DNA of 52,077 bases, from NCBI GenBank assembly GCA_035528275.1, contig DATKYV010000010.1, positions 1 to 52,077 of the forward strand, given 5' to 3'. The position numbers and the translations under genes were made by a program. The DNA is from Terriglobia bacterium. GTDB lineage: Bacteria; Acidobacteriota; Terriglobia; UBA7540. The notes beneath the pieces were generated by a model. It had not been told where the DNA came from and did not search any database. It saw only the letters and a program-made list of their open reading frames with translations. This document shows, one piece after another, positions 35,703 through 47,009 of the stretch (position 1 is the stretch's first letter; the number at the start of each line of letters is the position of its first letter).

Positions 35703-36803
35703 ATGAAAGAACCACCGAGAAGGCAATTCATCAAGTCGTGTTCGTTGCTGGCGCTTTCCGGGTTCGGACCTGCTTGGGCCTCCCTCTCTCCTGCCTGTGG
35801 ACGAACGGAGAAGAGGGCGGCGAGTACGGGGCCGGCAGGAGAGGGTCATGTCGATCAACCTCCGGCTCAGATTGACCCGAATTTCGAGCCGGCCTATCTG
35901 AAGCTGCACCGCAACGGAGAGTTGAAGAAACGCGGTGAAGAACTCTGGAAGATCATGGAAAGTTGCCGTCTCTGCCCCCGCCAGTGCGGAGCCAACCGCC
36001 TCGCCGGCGAGAAAGGCTTCTGCCAGTCCACATCACAACTCGAGATCGCGGCGTATCACCCGCACTATGGAGAAGAGAGGCCGCTGGTCGGCCGGGGAGG
36101 GTCCGGCACCATCTTTCTCACCCACTGCGGTCTGCGGTGCGTGTTCTGCATCAACTGGCAGATCAGCCAGGGAGGCCAGGGCGAACGGCGCAGGATCGAA
36201 GAGATGGCGGCCATGATGCTCCATCTGCAACAGATGGGCTGCGGCAACATTAATCTCGTGACTCCGACTCATTACTCTGCGCACGTCCTGCTGGCGGTCG
36301 GTTTGGCGGCGGCGAAAGGGCTGCGGCTGCCGCTGGTCTATAACACCTGCGGTTGGGAGCGCCCGGAAATCTTGAAAATGCTCGACGGCGTCGTGGACAT
36401 CTATCTGCCGGACTTCAAGTACTCGGATGGGAAGATGGCGGAGAAGTACTCGTCGGGAGCAGACACCTACCCCGAGGTCACTCAGCAGGCGCTGCCTGAA
36501 ATGCACCGTCAGGTCGGAGTGGCCAAGCCTGCCGCCGACGGCCGGATGTACCGAGGGCTGATGATCCGTCACCTGGTGATGCCGAACCGCGTGGGCGGGA
36601 CGAAGGAGGTCATCGAGTGGATCGCGCAGAATCTCCCCAAGGACACCTACGTCAACATCATGTCCCAATACCAGCCTACTTATAAGGCCTTCGACTATCC
36701 CGCAATCGCCCGCCGCATCACCCGCCAGGAATACGTGGAAGCCGTACAATGGGCCCGGGACGCGGGGCTCACGAATCTGGACCTTCAGGGGTATCGAGGA
36801 TAA
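35703..36803 (+). CDS. radical SAM protein, PflX-like (activase family), with a Tat-like N-terminal extension
   Basis: The CGLRCVFC CxxxCxxC motif, ESCRLCPRQCGANRLAGEKGFC, and N-terminal MKEPPRRQFIKSCSLLALSGFGPAWA. Confidence 0.85.
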   Translation: MKEPPRRQFIKSCSLLALSGFGPAWASLSPACGRTEKRAASTGPAGEGHVDQPPAQIDPNFEPAYLKLHRNGELKKRGEELWKIMESCRLCPRQCGANRLAGEKGFCQSTSQLEIAAYHPHYGEERPLVGRGGSGTIFLTHCGLRCVFCINWQISQGGQGERRRIEEMAAMMLHLQQMGCGNINLVTPTHYSAHVLLAVGLAAAKGLRLPLVYNTCGWERPEILKMLDGVVDIYLPDFKYSDGKMAEKYSSGADTYPEVTQQALPEMHRQVGVAKPAADGRMYRGLMIRHLVMPNRVGGTKEVIEWIAQNLPKDTYVNIMSQYQPTYKAFDYPAIARRITRQEYVEAVQWARDAGLTNLDLQGYRG

Positions 36804-36970
36804 GTTGGACTGGACAATCCGGCAGGCGAACTCCGTAATGGCCGGCAGGAATACAGCCGAGGGATGATTCAACCTCTGGTCCTTCATCGTCAGGTGAACG
36901 GAGCGCTGAAGCGGCCGCAGGAATAGAGACCCCTGGCGGATTGCGGGATAGGAAAGTCGGAGGTAGGGTG

Positions 36971-37438
36971 ATGCCCAAAAAACTGTTCGCGGGGAGAATG
37001 TGGGGTCCGGTTCTGTTCGGATTGGTGATGACGTGCTTGCTGATTCTCTCGTCCCAGCCCCTGGCCGTCGCGAAGAAGAACAAGGAGAAAATCAAGGAAC
37101 GACTCCGGTCCCTTCAAGTGGTTCACGTGGTGGGAGAAGGACCGGTGGCCCGCTACGTGAAACAAAATATCGAGCAGAAGACCTGCCTTAGGGAGCCGGA
37201 GGAGAACGAAGGCGCGGAGGCGATTCTCACAGTATGGCAAGAAATCCGGCCCTGCCAACTCGGCCTTTCGGGAGTGTGCCTTTCCGTTAACGCAAAGCTG
37301 ACCGACGCCCAGACCAACGAAGTGCTCTGGTTTCGAACCGACGACCAGTTCGGGAGTCGAATGTCCATCGGAGTTGACGAGGCCGGAGGGAAGTGGGTCT
37401 TGTGGAATCTCGCTTCAACTTGCTGCAAGAAGCGTTAG
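36971..37438 (+). CDS. hypothetical secreted or anchored small protein
   Basis: MPKKLFAGRMWGPVLFGLVMTCLLILSS hydrophobic N-terminus; C-terminus ...STCCKKR. No family recognised. Confidence 0.5.
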   Translation: MPKKLFAGRMWGPVLFGLVMTCLLILSSQPLAVAKKNKEKIKERLRSLQVVHVVGEGPVARYVKQNIEQKTCLREPEENEGAEAILTVWQEIRPCQLGLSGVCLSVNAKLTDAQTNEVLWFRTDDQFGSRMSIGVDEAGGKWVLWNLASTCCKKR

Positions 37439-37473
37439 CCGCGGTCCCGGCGGGCGGTTTTTGGGGGACATCG

Positions 37474-38469
37474 GTGAAAGCCCTTGTAGTGTTGCTGGCC
37501 GTCGGAATCGCGAGCCGGATGGTTTATCCAACCTTCGCGCGGCCCCACGATATGACGATGCCAACCCAAGCGCCCAAGCACGAGTTTGCTGAAGTGAACG
37601 GCCTTCGGCTGCACTACGTCACCGTGGGTGAGGGAAAGCTCATCCTGTTCGTTCACGGCTTTCCCGAGTTCTGGTACGAGTGGAAGAACCAGCTCACGGA
37701 GTTTGGAAGGGATTTTCGGGCCGTAGCTCCCGACCTGCGCGGCTACAACCTTTCTTCGAAGCCTTCCGAGATTGAGGCTTGCGCAATCCCCCTGCTCGTC
37801 GAAGACCTGCACCGGTTGCGCGAGCACCTGGGCGCGAAGCGGTTCATTCTCGTCGGCCATGACTGGGGCGGCGTGGTGGCGTGGTTTTACGCCCTGTACC
37901 ATCCCGAGAATCTGGAGAAGCTCATCATCATCAACGCGCCCCATCCCGGTGTATTCGGCCGCCAGTTGGCCGAGAATCCCGAACAGCAGAAGGCCAGCCA
38001 ATACATGCTCATGTTCCGCAGCCCGCAGGCGGAGGAATTCCTTTCCGCCAACAACTACGCGGCGCTCGAGGCAAGTGTGCTTGCACCCGGATTGGCCCGG
38101 GGTTATTTCAACGGGGAAGACCGCAGGGCCTATCTCGATGCGTGGTCCCAGCCGGGCGCGCTGACCGGAGGCCTGAATTACTATCGCGCCGCCCGCGTTG
38201 GTCCACCCGCGAACGATGCCGCACCCTCCGGTGACGCGGCTGCTCCGCCTCCGCTCCCACCCGGGCTTTCGTCTCTCGAGGTTCGCGTTCCGACGCTCGT
38301 CATCTGGGGTGAGAAAGATCCTTTTCTCCTCCCTGGTAATCTGGATGGGCTCGAAGAGTTCGTCCCCGACCTGACGGTGAAGCGTGTTCCGGACGCGGGG
38401 CACTGGATCGTTCACGAAAAGCCCGATCTGGTTAATGCTACAATCCGAGATTTCATTCAGGGGCGATAA
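37474..38469 (+). CDS. alpha/beta hydrolase (epoxide hydrolase / haloalkane dehalogenase-like)
   Basis: LHYVTVGEGKLILFVHGFPEFWYEWKNQ...LVGHDWGGVVAW. The start is uncertain: GTG at 37474 gives a hydrophobic N-terminus, and the track start at 37393 overlaps the previous gene. Confidence 0.85.
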   Translation: MKALVVLLAVGIASRMVYPTFARPHDMTMPTQAPKHEFAEVNGLRLHYVTVGEGKLILFVHGFPEFWYEWKNQLTEFGRDFRAVAPDLRGYNLSSKPSEIEACAIPLLVEDLHRLREHLGAKRFILVGHDWGGVVAWFYALYHPENLEKLIIINAPHPGVFGRQLAENPEQQKASQYMLMFRSPQAEEFLSANNYAALEASVLAPGLARGYFNGEDRRAYLDAWSQPGALTGGLNYYRAARVGPPANDAAPSGDAAAPPPLPPGLSSLEVRVPTLVIWGEKDPFLLPGNLDGLEEFVPDLTVKRVPDAGHWIVHEKPDLVNATIRDFIQGR

Positions 38470-38578
38470 GGCGAAGATCTTGCATGCTGATTGGTCGGGC
38501 CTTCGGGCGCGAGCTATTGGCGCAAGTCGTCGTTGAACGCGAAGCGCGCTCAGAGACTTCCATCACGGGAGAAGAAGA

Positions 38579-39904
38579 ATGAGACCTACGGTTGTTTCTG
38601 TATGTTCGGTATTCGCGCTGGTGTCGGGCTTGACACTCGGCGTCTCCGCGTCGCCAGCCGGCATGCCTGCGGACCCGACAGCTGCCACCACCCACGATAA
38701 GGAAATCGCCCGGGCGGCAGAAACCCTGCGCCCAAAATTGGTCGAGATGCGCCGCGATTTCCACATCCATCCCGAACTTTCGAACCGCGAAGAGCGCACT
38801 TCACGCGTGGTGGCGGAGCGCTTACGCGCCCTGGGCCTGGACGAAGTGAAGACGGGTGTGGGCAAGTACGGCATCGTAGCGCTGCTCAAGGGCGGGAAAC
38901 CCGGTCCCGTGGTTGCCGTGCGCGCCGACATGGACGCGCTGCCTATTCAGGAAACGATCGAGGTGCCCTACAAATCCCAAAACCCGGGCGTCAAACACGC
39001 CTGTGGCCATGACGTTCACATGACCGTCGAACTTGGAGTGGCGGAAATCCTGAGCCGGATGCGCGAGCAGATTCCTGGGACCATCAAGTTCATCTTCCAG
39101 CCCGCCGAAGAGGGCGCGCCGGCGGGGGAGGAGGGCGGAGCGGCCCTGATGATCAAGGAGGGTGCGCTCGAAAATCCGCGTCCGCTGGCCATCTTCGGTC
39201 TGCACACGATGCCGATGATCGAGGTGGGCAAGATTGGTGTGCGCTCGGCTTCAGCCATGGCCGCCGCGGATAGGTTCGCCATCACGATTCGAGGCAAGAA
39301 GGTCCACGGTGCGATGCCCCACCAGGGGATTGATCCCATCGTGGTGGCGGCCGAATGCGTCACCGCGCTGCAAACCATTCGTAGCCGGCGGATCAACACG
39401 CTCGACCCGCTGGTGATTTCCGTGGGGAGCATTCATGGCGGAAATCGGTTCAATATCATCGCCGACGAAGTGAAGCTGGAAGGCACGATTCGGACTCTCG
39501 ACAAGGACGTCCGCCGGCGAGTTCATGAGCTCTTAAGGGAAACGATAGCAGGTATCACGTCAGCCTACGGTGCAACCTTTGAGCTGCAAATCGAACCGGG
39601 TGCCGCTCTCACCTATAATGATCCCGCGCTCGTTGAAGAAACCCTGCCCACGATGCGCCACGTACTGGGCCAAGAGAATGTCCTTACCGTCCCGCCCCAG
39701 ATGGTCTCCGAAGATTTCTCATACTTCCAAGAGGTCATCCCGGGGTTCTATTACTACCTGGGGGTGGGGAACAAGGCCAAAGGCATCACCGCCCTCTGGC
39801 ACACACCCGAGTTCGACGTCGATGAGGAAAGCCTGGTGGTGGGAGTGAAGGTGATGGCCGGCGTTCTGCTCGACTATCTTCAGCGCCACGCCGAGGAGCA
39901 GTAG
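38579..39904 (+). CDS. M20 family amidohydrolase (aminoacylase / hippurate hydrolase-like), secreted
   Basis: Signal-like N-terminus, MRRDFHIHPELSNREERT, VAVRADMDALPIQE, and ACGHDVH. Confidence 0.88.
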   Translation: MRPTVVSVCSVFALVSGLTLGVSASPAGMPADPTAATTHDKEIARAAETLRPKLVEMRRDFHIHPELSNREERTSRVVAERLRALGLDEVKTGVGKYGIVALLKGGKPGPVVAVRADMDALPIQETIEVPYKSQNPGVKHACGHDVHMTVELGVAEILSRMREQIPGTIKFIFQPAEEGAPAGEEGGAALMIKEGALENPRPLAIFGLHTMPMIEVGKIGVRSASAMAAADRFAITIRGKKVHGAMPHQGIDPIVVAAECVTALQTIRSRRINTLDPLVISVGSIHGGNRFNIIADEVKLEGTIRTLDKDVRRRVHELLRETIAGITSAYGATFELQIEPGAALTYNDPALVEETLPTMRHVLGQENVLTVPPQMVSEDFSYFQEVIPGFYYYLGVGNKAKGITALWHTPEFDVDEESLVVGVKVMAGVLLDYLQRHAEEQ

Positions 39905-39998
39905 CGGGCCAGCACCGATTCGAGAAAGACGCGGACTTCAGCGCCGGGTCAAAACCTCGAGTTGATTCTCCCCGCTTGAAGCGCGCATGACACGGCAA

Positions 39999-41045
<1,047 letters not shown>

Positions 41046-41046
41046 G

Positions 41047-42891
41047 TCAGTTCTCCGATTCCTGGGAAACGATGGAGTCCGTGACGCTGCGCGCGTCGAT
41101 GGGAAGACCGTCATAGTGCCGCACGCTTCGCAGCTTCTTGATGTTTTCCACGTCGAACTCCAGCTTCAACAAATCGTACATCTGCGCGTCGCGGTTCTGA
41201 TCGACGACGTAAACGCGCCGGTGGCGGGCGACGAAATCCCTGACCTCTTCGTTGAAGGGAAATGCGCGCAATCGGCAGTAGCCGGCGCTGAGCTGGTGAT
41301 CCTGTTTCAATTGGTCGAGCGCTTCTTCCGCCGCCCAGTGGCTGGTGCCGTAAGCGATGATGCCGATTTCGGCGGACGTGTTCCCCTCGATGACCGGGCC
41401 GGGAACCCTTCGGCGGGCGGTTTCGAACTTGCGGGCCAGCCGGTCCATGTTGTTGACGTAGTCCTCGGGGCGCTCGCTGTATTTGGCCTTTTCATTGTGG
41501 CCGCTGCCGCGTGTGAAGTAACCGGCCGCCGGGAGCGGCGTGCCGGGCAAAGTGCGGTAGCCGATGGCGTCCCCGTCCACGTCACGGTATCGCTCGAAAT
41601 GACCCAGGCGCTTGATGTCCTCGACGCTCAGGACTTTTCCCCGAGCGATGGGTTTCTCAGGGTAGGGAAACGGATCCGCCATCCAGTTGTTCATCCCCAA
41701 GTCCAGATCACACATGACGAAGACCGGGGTCTGGAGTCCCTCGGCGAGATCGAAAGCCTCGATGGCCATGCTGAAACACTCTTCCACCGAGCAGGGGAAC
41801 AGCATGGGGTGTTGGGTGTCACCGTGGGAGAGGAAGGCGGTGGAGAGAATGTCTCCCTGCGCGGTTCGCGTGGGCAGTCCGGTGGAGGGCCCCACCCGCT
41901 GGATGTCGAAGATGACGGCGGGGACTTCCGCGTAGTAGCCGAGGCCCACAAATTCGCCCATCAAGGAGATGCCCGGTCCGGAAGTGGAGGTCATGGCGCG
42001 CGCTCCCGCCCAGCCGGCGCCCAGCACCATGCCGATGGCCGCCAGCTCATCTTCCGCCTGGACGATGGCAAACGTCGCCTTGCCCGTCTCCGGATCGAGC
42101 CGGTAGCGCTTCATGTAATCGATCAAGGTTTCGCAGAGCGAGGACGAAGGGGTAATCGGATACCAGGCCACGACGGTGACGCCCGCAAACATCGCGCCCA
42201 GCGCCGCCGCCGAGTTGCCGTCGACAAGGATCTTTCCGCGCGTGGCGTCCATGCGCTGCAAAGCGAAGCGGTCGGCCTTCTCCAGGTTCTTCTCCGCGAA
42301 TTCGTAACCGGCGCGCGCGGCGTTGAAGTTCAGCTGCGCGGCCTTCAGTTTCTTACGGAACTGCTTCTGCAACGCCGTCTGAATCTCTTCCATCTCGATC
42401 CCGAGCAGCTTGGCGAGCACCCCGTCATAAATCATGTTGCGGACGAGCTTTCGCAGGCGGGCGTCGGGGCAAACCGGCGTCACGAGCTGGTCGAAGGGCA
42501 CGGGATAAAAGACCACGTCGTCGCGGAGCCGTTTGAGGTTCAGGCGCTCGTCATAGACGACGGCGGAACCGGGCCCCAGGTTGCGCACGTCCTCTTCGGC
42601 GGTCTCGGGATTCATCGCCACCAAAAAATCAATCTCTCTTCGGTGCGCGACGTAGCCCTGCTTGGATGCTCGGATCGTAAACCACGTCGGCAGGCCGGCG
42701 ATGTTCGATGGGAAAAGATTCTTGCCGGAAACAGGAATCCCCATCTGCAGTATGGCGCGCAGGAGGACGGTGTTGGCCGTTTGGCTGCCCGAACCATTGA
42801 CGGTAGCAACTTGAATGCTGAGGTCGTTGACAACTTGCGCTGGGGTGGGAGAAGGGTGGGCTTCCTTTGCCGCCCCATGAGTGGCTGACAT
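41047..42891 (-). CDS. korA: 2-oxoacid:ferredoxin oxidoreductase alpha subunit
   Basis: VATVNGSGSQTANTVLLRAILQMGIPVSGKNLFPSNIAGLPTWFTIR...WYPITPSS...AEDELAAIGMVLGAGWAGARAMTSTSGPGISLM. Confidence 0.92.
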   Translation of the reverse strand: MSATHGAAKEAHPSPTPAQVVNDLSIQVATVNGSGSQTANTVLLRAILQMGIPVSGKNLFPSNIAGLPTWFTIRASKQGYVAHRREIDFLVAMNPETAEEDVRNLGPGSAVVYDERLNLKRLRDDVVFYPVPFDQLVTPVCPDARLRKLVRNMIYDGVLAKLLGIEMEEIQTALQKQFRKKLKAAQLNFNAARAGYEFAEKNLEKADRFALQRMDATRGKILVDGNSAAALGAMFAGVTVVAWYPITPSSSLCETLIDYMKRYRLDPETGKATFAIVQAEDELAAIGMVLGAGWAGARAMTSTSGPGISLMGEFVGLGYYAEVPAVIFDIQRVGPSTGLPTRTAQGDILSTAFLSHGDTQHPMLFPCSVEECFSMAIEAFDLAEGLQTPVFVMCDLDLGMNNWMADPFPYPEKPIARGKVLSVEDIKRLGHFERYRDVDGDAIGYRTLPGTPLPAAGYFTRGSGHNEKAKYSERPEDYVNNMDRLARKFETARRRVPGPVIEGNTSAEIGIIAYGTSHWAAEEALDQLKQDHQLSAGYCRLRAFPFNEEVRDFVARHRRVYVVDQNRDAQMYDLLKLEFDVENIKKLRSVRHYDGLPIDARSVTDSIVSQESEN

Positions 42892-43126
42892 TGGACTCCT
42901 TTATGAAGCCCGCGCTATTCCGAGGGTTGCCTTCCCAGCCCGACTAAAATGGGGCTTTTCAGGCGGGATGAGCAAGACTCTTGCCAATTCCCGGCCGTTT
43001 ATCGCACTCCATCCAACATGTCATGGCCGGGTTCGGCCGGGTGGGATTCTCTCGCTCCGGGACGCGAGCTCGAGCGCAATCTCATACGCGCCCGGCGTGC
43101 GAAGGAACCATTCGCCCACACACTTT

Positions 43127-43135
43127 ATTATAGCA
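43127..43135 (-). promoter_or_regulatory. extended -10 element TGCTATAAT upstream of korAB
   Basis: The minus strand reads TGCTATAAT, about 236 nt upstream of the korA start. No convincing -35 element. Confidence 0.3.
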
Positions 43136-43255
43136 GAGAATGCGCGTGCGGCGTGGTGATGGGCGGGACGCTGGGGAGAGGCGCATCTTGCCGGATGAAT
43201 CGCCAGGGATGCGCGGTGCACGCACGCCGCTCGGTGGGCCGGGAAGCTTCGAGGC

Positions 43256-44416
43256 CTATTTCCTGGAAGCCGCCCTGTCGGCTTCCTTCTCCGCGGAGGC
43301 CGATTGCCCGAGGATTGAGGAGAGCATCGTGGCGATCTTCGCCCGCAGAGCCTGCTCGGTGGACTCGACGACTTCACTCTTCCGCGCCGCGAGCTCATCC
43401 GCCACATCGGCCCGAAACGTCTCAAGGGCTTTGTCGAGGCCGGCAATAGATCGCTCGGAGCCCTCAGCCATGCGGGTTTCCCCGGCCGCCACGACGATCT
43501 GCATTCGCGCTTCGAAGCTCTGCAGCGCTTCCCGCACGATCTCTCCCATGGTATCGGCCCGGAAGGTCTCCAGGGCGGACTCGAGTTCGCCGGTAACCCG
43601 GCCGGCCTGGTCGGTCATCCGGGATTCCGCCGCCGCCAATGCTGCCTCAACGTGCCGTTCGAAAGCCTGGGACGATTGAAGGGTAATCTCCGCCACCGCG
43701 TCGGCCCGGCAGGCCTCCACGGATGACTTGAATCCAGCCAAAGCCTGCTCGGCATGGGCGTGAATGCGCGTTTCCAACTTGGCCGCGGAATCCTCCAGGC
43801 GTTCCTCGATCTGTTGGAAAGCTTCCATCACGATCTCTTCGGATTGCCTGCGCAGGTTGGTGATGAGCGATTCGACAACCGCCGCCGAGCGTCTTTCAAC
43901 ATCGGCGGCGAGCTGTTCGGGATCGGGCCGGGGGGCGGGCGCAGGCACCGGCTGGCGCGCAGGCCCCAGGCCGGCCACTTTTCCGGCGTCACGCGCGGGG
44001 GCGGGCACACCGTCAATCATTTCGGCCTGCACTTGGGCCCAGTCCTCCGGCGGAGTCTCAATCTGCCAGAGGTTGCAGGGGTGGATCAGTTGGACGGCAA
44101 TGAAATGGATGCTTTCTCCAGGCTCGGGCTCTTCGACGTGGACGCAAATCGCCTTCTCGGCTTTCCCCGTCGCCGGGTTTTCGACGGTAATCTGCATCCC
44201 CACCATAATGTACGTTCGGGTCCGGAGCCTGGCGCCGTGTAGATTGACGGTGGTGGTCTCGGTGAGCTCTCGAAAGGGCTGGCTGGAAGCGTCGCGTCCG
44301 AAAATGGCGATCGGCACGGCCGCCTCAACCCGCGTACTGCGACGCGGGCACGTCTGGGTGCCCTGGGACGGCACCCGTCTGGCAAAGGGGCTATGGCTCA
44401 TGGCTCGGTCTTCCAC
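43256..44416 (-). CDS. PilZ-domain protein with a C-terminal helical repeat region
   Basis: N-terminal RRSTRVEAAVPIAIFG...TTTVNLHGARLRT is PilZ-like. The C-terminal half has about 49-residue repeats marked by SVEACRAD / ALETFRAD / ALETFRAD. Confidence 0.7.
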   Translation of the reverse strand: MEDRAMSHSPFARRVPSQGTQTCPRRSTRVEAAVPIAIFGRDASSQPFRELTETTTVNLHGARLRTRTYIMVGMQITVENPATGKAEKAICVHVEEPEPGESIHFIAVQLIHPCNLWQIETPPEDWAQVQAEMIDGVPAPARDAGKVAGLGPARQPVPAPAPRPDPEQLAADVERRSAAVVESLITNLRRQSEEIVMEAFQQIEERLEDSAAKLETRIHAHAEQALAGFKSSVEACRADAVAEITLQSSQAFERHVEAALAAAESRMTDQAGRVTGELESALETFRADTMGEIVREALQSFEARMQIVVAAGETRMAEGSERSIAGLDKALETFRADVADELAARKSEVVESTEQALRAKIATMLSSILGQSASAEKEADRAASRK

Positions 44417-44630
44417 TGGAGAAGAGGGTCTCGGACGGCATGCATCGAAGCGAGGGGCAATTGCGAGTTCGTTCTACGTTTCGCCGGCTGGACCGTTCAA
44501 CCTTCGGGGCGTTCCCGGCTGAAGGCCACGAGGTGGTGCCTGACTTCTCCAGCCACCGATGTGGTGAGGTGGATTCTAGCAATTCTTTACTCCTGTTGCA
44601 ATGACTAATCTGAGCTACGGGGCGCATTTC

Positions 44631-46070
44631 CTATGCTTGCGGAGCGTTGGGGGCGGGTACGAACGGCCAATCGCCCTTCTTCCAGGCGAGGATGAAGTAG
44701 GCGATCACGCCGGTAATGATGGTGCCGAACGCGTAAAGCATGTATTTCCAGCCTCCCGGCTGGAAGGCGGGGCTCGAAAAGACGTAAAGCCAGCCCACCA
44801 AAGCCAGGATGGCGGGGACGGGATAAAGCCACATCTTGAAGGGCAGGCGAACGTCGGGGCGATAGCGGCGAACGATCATCAATCCAATAATCTGCCCGAC
44901 GAACTGCACCAGGATACGCGCCACCATCAGGCCGGCGATGATGTCTCCCAGTTCGAAGAGGCTGGCGATGATGCAGAGCCCGCCAATCAAGAGAAGTGAA
45001 CGGTGGGGGAATTCCCCTTTGGGGTGCAAGGTTCCAAACCAGCGAAAGAAAGCCCCGTCTTGTGCGGCAGCATAAGGAATGCGTGAGTAGCCGAGCATCA
45101 AGGCGAATACCGAGGCGAAGGCGGTGAAGAGGATCATGATGGTAATGGCGATGGCGCCCCAGTCTCCGTAAACCCTTCCCATGAAAACAGACGCCACGGC
45201 GCGGTGAGCCTGGCTTCCCTCCTGCACCATCTCCCGCCAGGGAATGACGGAAACGAAGCTGAAAGAAAGAAGAAAATCGATGACCGTCACGGCGAGGATG
45301 GAGAGGATCACCGCGTAAGGGATGGTTCGCTCCGGTTTCTTGACCTCCCCTCCCAGGTAGCAGACCTGGTAGTAGCCCAGGTAGTTGTAGAAGACCAGGA
45401 CGGTTCCGTTGCCGAGCCCGATGAGGAAGGCCCAGTTGAGTTCGAAGGCTCCGGGGGGGAAGTCGAACGCGAGATGGGTGTTCATCTTCACCAAACCGGT
45501 GATGATGATCCAGCCCGTGGTAACGAGCGTCGTAATCCACAGCACGAGCATCAGCTTGGCCACGTCGTGGATCTTCCGGTACAGAGCAAACATCACCAAC
45601 GCCGCCAAGCCCGCCGCCATGAGCTTCATGCCCCAGGGGTGTTTCCCCAGGTCCACCCAAAGGAAGCTGAGGTACTGCGTCATGCCGATGGTGCCGGAGG
45701 CGATCTCCAGCGTGCCGCTGAAGAGGAACTGCCAGATGAACATCCAGGCCATCAGCTTGCCCCAGCGCAAACGGCCGAAGCTGTCGCGGAGAAAAACGTA
45801 GGAGCCGCCCGAGCCGGGCAGGGCCGCGCCGAGTTCCGCCACCACCAGCCCGTCGGCGATGGCCAGAACCGCGCCCACGAACCAGCTCAGCAGGGCCTGT
45901 GGACCTCCCAATGTCGCCAGGATCAGCGGGACCGTGATGAACGGTCCGATGCCGATCATGTTCGACATGTTGATGGAGGTGGCGTTGAGGATCCCCAACC
46001 GCCTTTGGAGCTGCGGCTGGGCGCCTTCGCTTTCGGGTGAACCTTGGGGCTTCTGGGGGGATTCGCTCAT
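44631..46070 (-). CDS. APC superfamily amino acid permease
   Basis: LGILNATSINMSNMIGIGPFITVP...AELGAALPGSGGSYVFL in a polytopic protein. Confidence 0.88.
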   Translation of the reverse strand: MSESPQKPQGSPESEGAQPQLQRRLGILNATSINMSNMIGIGPFITVPLILATLGGPQALLSWFVGAVLAIADGLVVAELGAALPGSGGSYVFLRDSFGRLRWGKLMAWMFIWQFLFSGTLEIASGTIGMTQYLSFLWVDLGKHPWGMKLMAAGLAALVMFALYRKIHDVAKLMLVLWITTLVTTGWIIITGLVKMNTHLAFDFPPGAFELNWAFLIGLGNGTVLVFYNYLGYYQVCYLGGEVKKPERTIPYAVILSILAVTVIDFLLSFSFVSVIPWREMVQEGSQAHRAVASVFMGRVYGDWGAIAITIMILFTAFASVFALMLGYSRIPYAAAQDGAFFRWFGTLHPKGEFPHRSLLLIGGLCIIASLFELGDIIAGLMVARILVQFVGQIIGLMIVRRYRPDVRLPFKMWLYPVPAILALVGWLYVFSSPAFQPGGWKYMLYAFGTIITGVIAYFILAWKKGDWPFVPAPNAPQA

Positions 46071-46262
46071 AGCACTCGCTGTGAAGGGGCGAGTTTAAGA
46101 GCGCGCAGAATACTTCACCCGGTGCGAGTTGGCAAGCAAAAGCCGAGTGCGCGTGGGAGATTTTTCACAAGCCGGAAACGGGCGCTGCAAGAAGCTCGTA
46201 GGGCGAAAGGGTCGGGAGTTGGCGGCGCCGCGTTCGGATGGGATCATGGCGCGCACCAGGAT

Positions 46263-47009
46263 TCATCCCAACTCGGCGGCAATCCGCATCAGGTCCACTT
46301 CCGCGAATTCCGCGCAAACCCACTCGGCGTGGCGCAGCTCTTCCACCTCCCGGCTATGAGTCAGCGCCAGGCACTTCATCCCCGCCGCGTGGGCGGCATC
46401 GATGCCGGCCGGCGCGTCCTCGATGACCAGGCACTCGACGCCCCGCAAGGGCGTTTCCCGGAATGGCGGGAGTTGTTGAAGGCGCGCCAGCGCGATCCGG
46501 AAGACCTCGGGGTCGGGCTTCGACCGCTGGCAATCGTCGGCGGTGGCGAGGACTGCGAAGTGCTCTTTGAGGCCGAGTTTGGCGAGCAGGTGCTCGATTT
46601 CTCCTCGCAGACTGCCGCTGGCGATGGCCAGGGGATAGCGCGTCGCGACCTTTCGAACGAAATCCACGGCACCCGGCATGGCGGGAAGACCATCCCGGAT
46701 GATCTCCCCGTAAGCCCGCGCCTTCCAGGCGATCAGCTCATCCCGCCGAGCGCCATCGATGGGCCTCTGGTGCGTGGCGTAGAGATGTTCGATGATGCCG
46801 CGGTCGTCGAAGGCGAGATAGTCGCGGTAATACTCTTCTTCCGAAATCTCCCAACCTTCCTGCGCTGCCATTTGCTGGGTGAGCCGCATGATAATCGGTT
46901 CGCTGTCCACCAGGATGCCGTCGAAATCAAAGATCAGCGCGCGCAGCAAGCTTGAGAACTCTCCGAAGCCGAAAAAATCAGGCCAGGCCGGCCTTGTCCC
47001 GGCGTCCAA
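46263..47009 (-). CDS. HAD family hydrolase (beta-phosphoglucomutase-like subfamily)
   Basis: LIFDFDGILVDSEP...IASGS...LVIEDAPAGIDAAHAAGM. The true start may be an internal TTG just before LLRALIFDFDG. Confidence 0.85.
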   Translation of the reverse strand: MDAGTRPAWPDFFGFGEFSSLLRALIFDFDGILVDSEPIIMRLTQQMAAQEGWEISEEEYYRDYLAFDDRGIIEHLYATHQRPIDGARRDELIAWKARAYGEIIRDGLPAMPGAVDFVRKVATRYPLAIASGSLRGEIEHLLAKLGLKEHFAVLATADDCQRSKPDPEVFRIALARLQQLPPFRETPLRGVECLVIEDAPAGIDAAHAAGMKCLALTHSREVEELRHAEWVCAEFAEVDLMRIAAELG

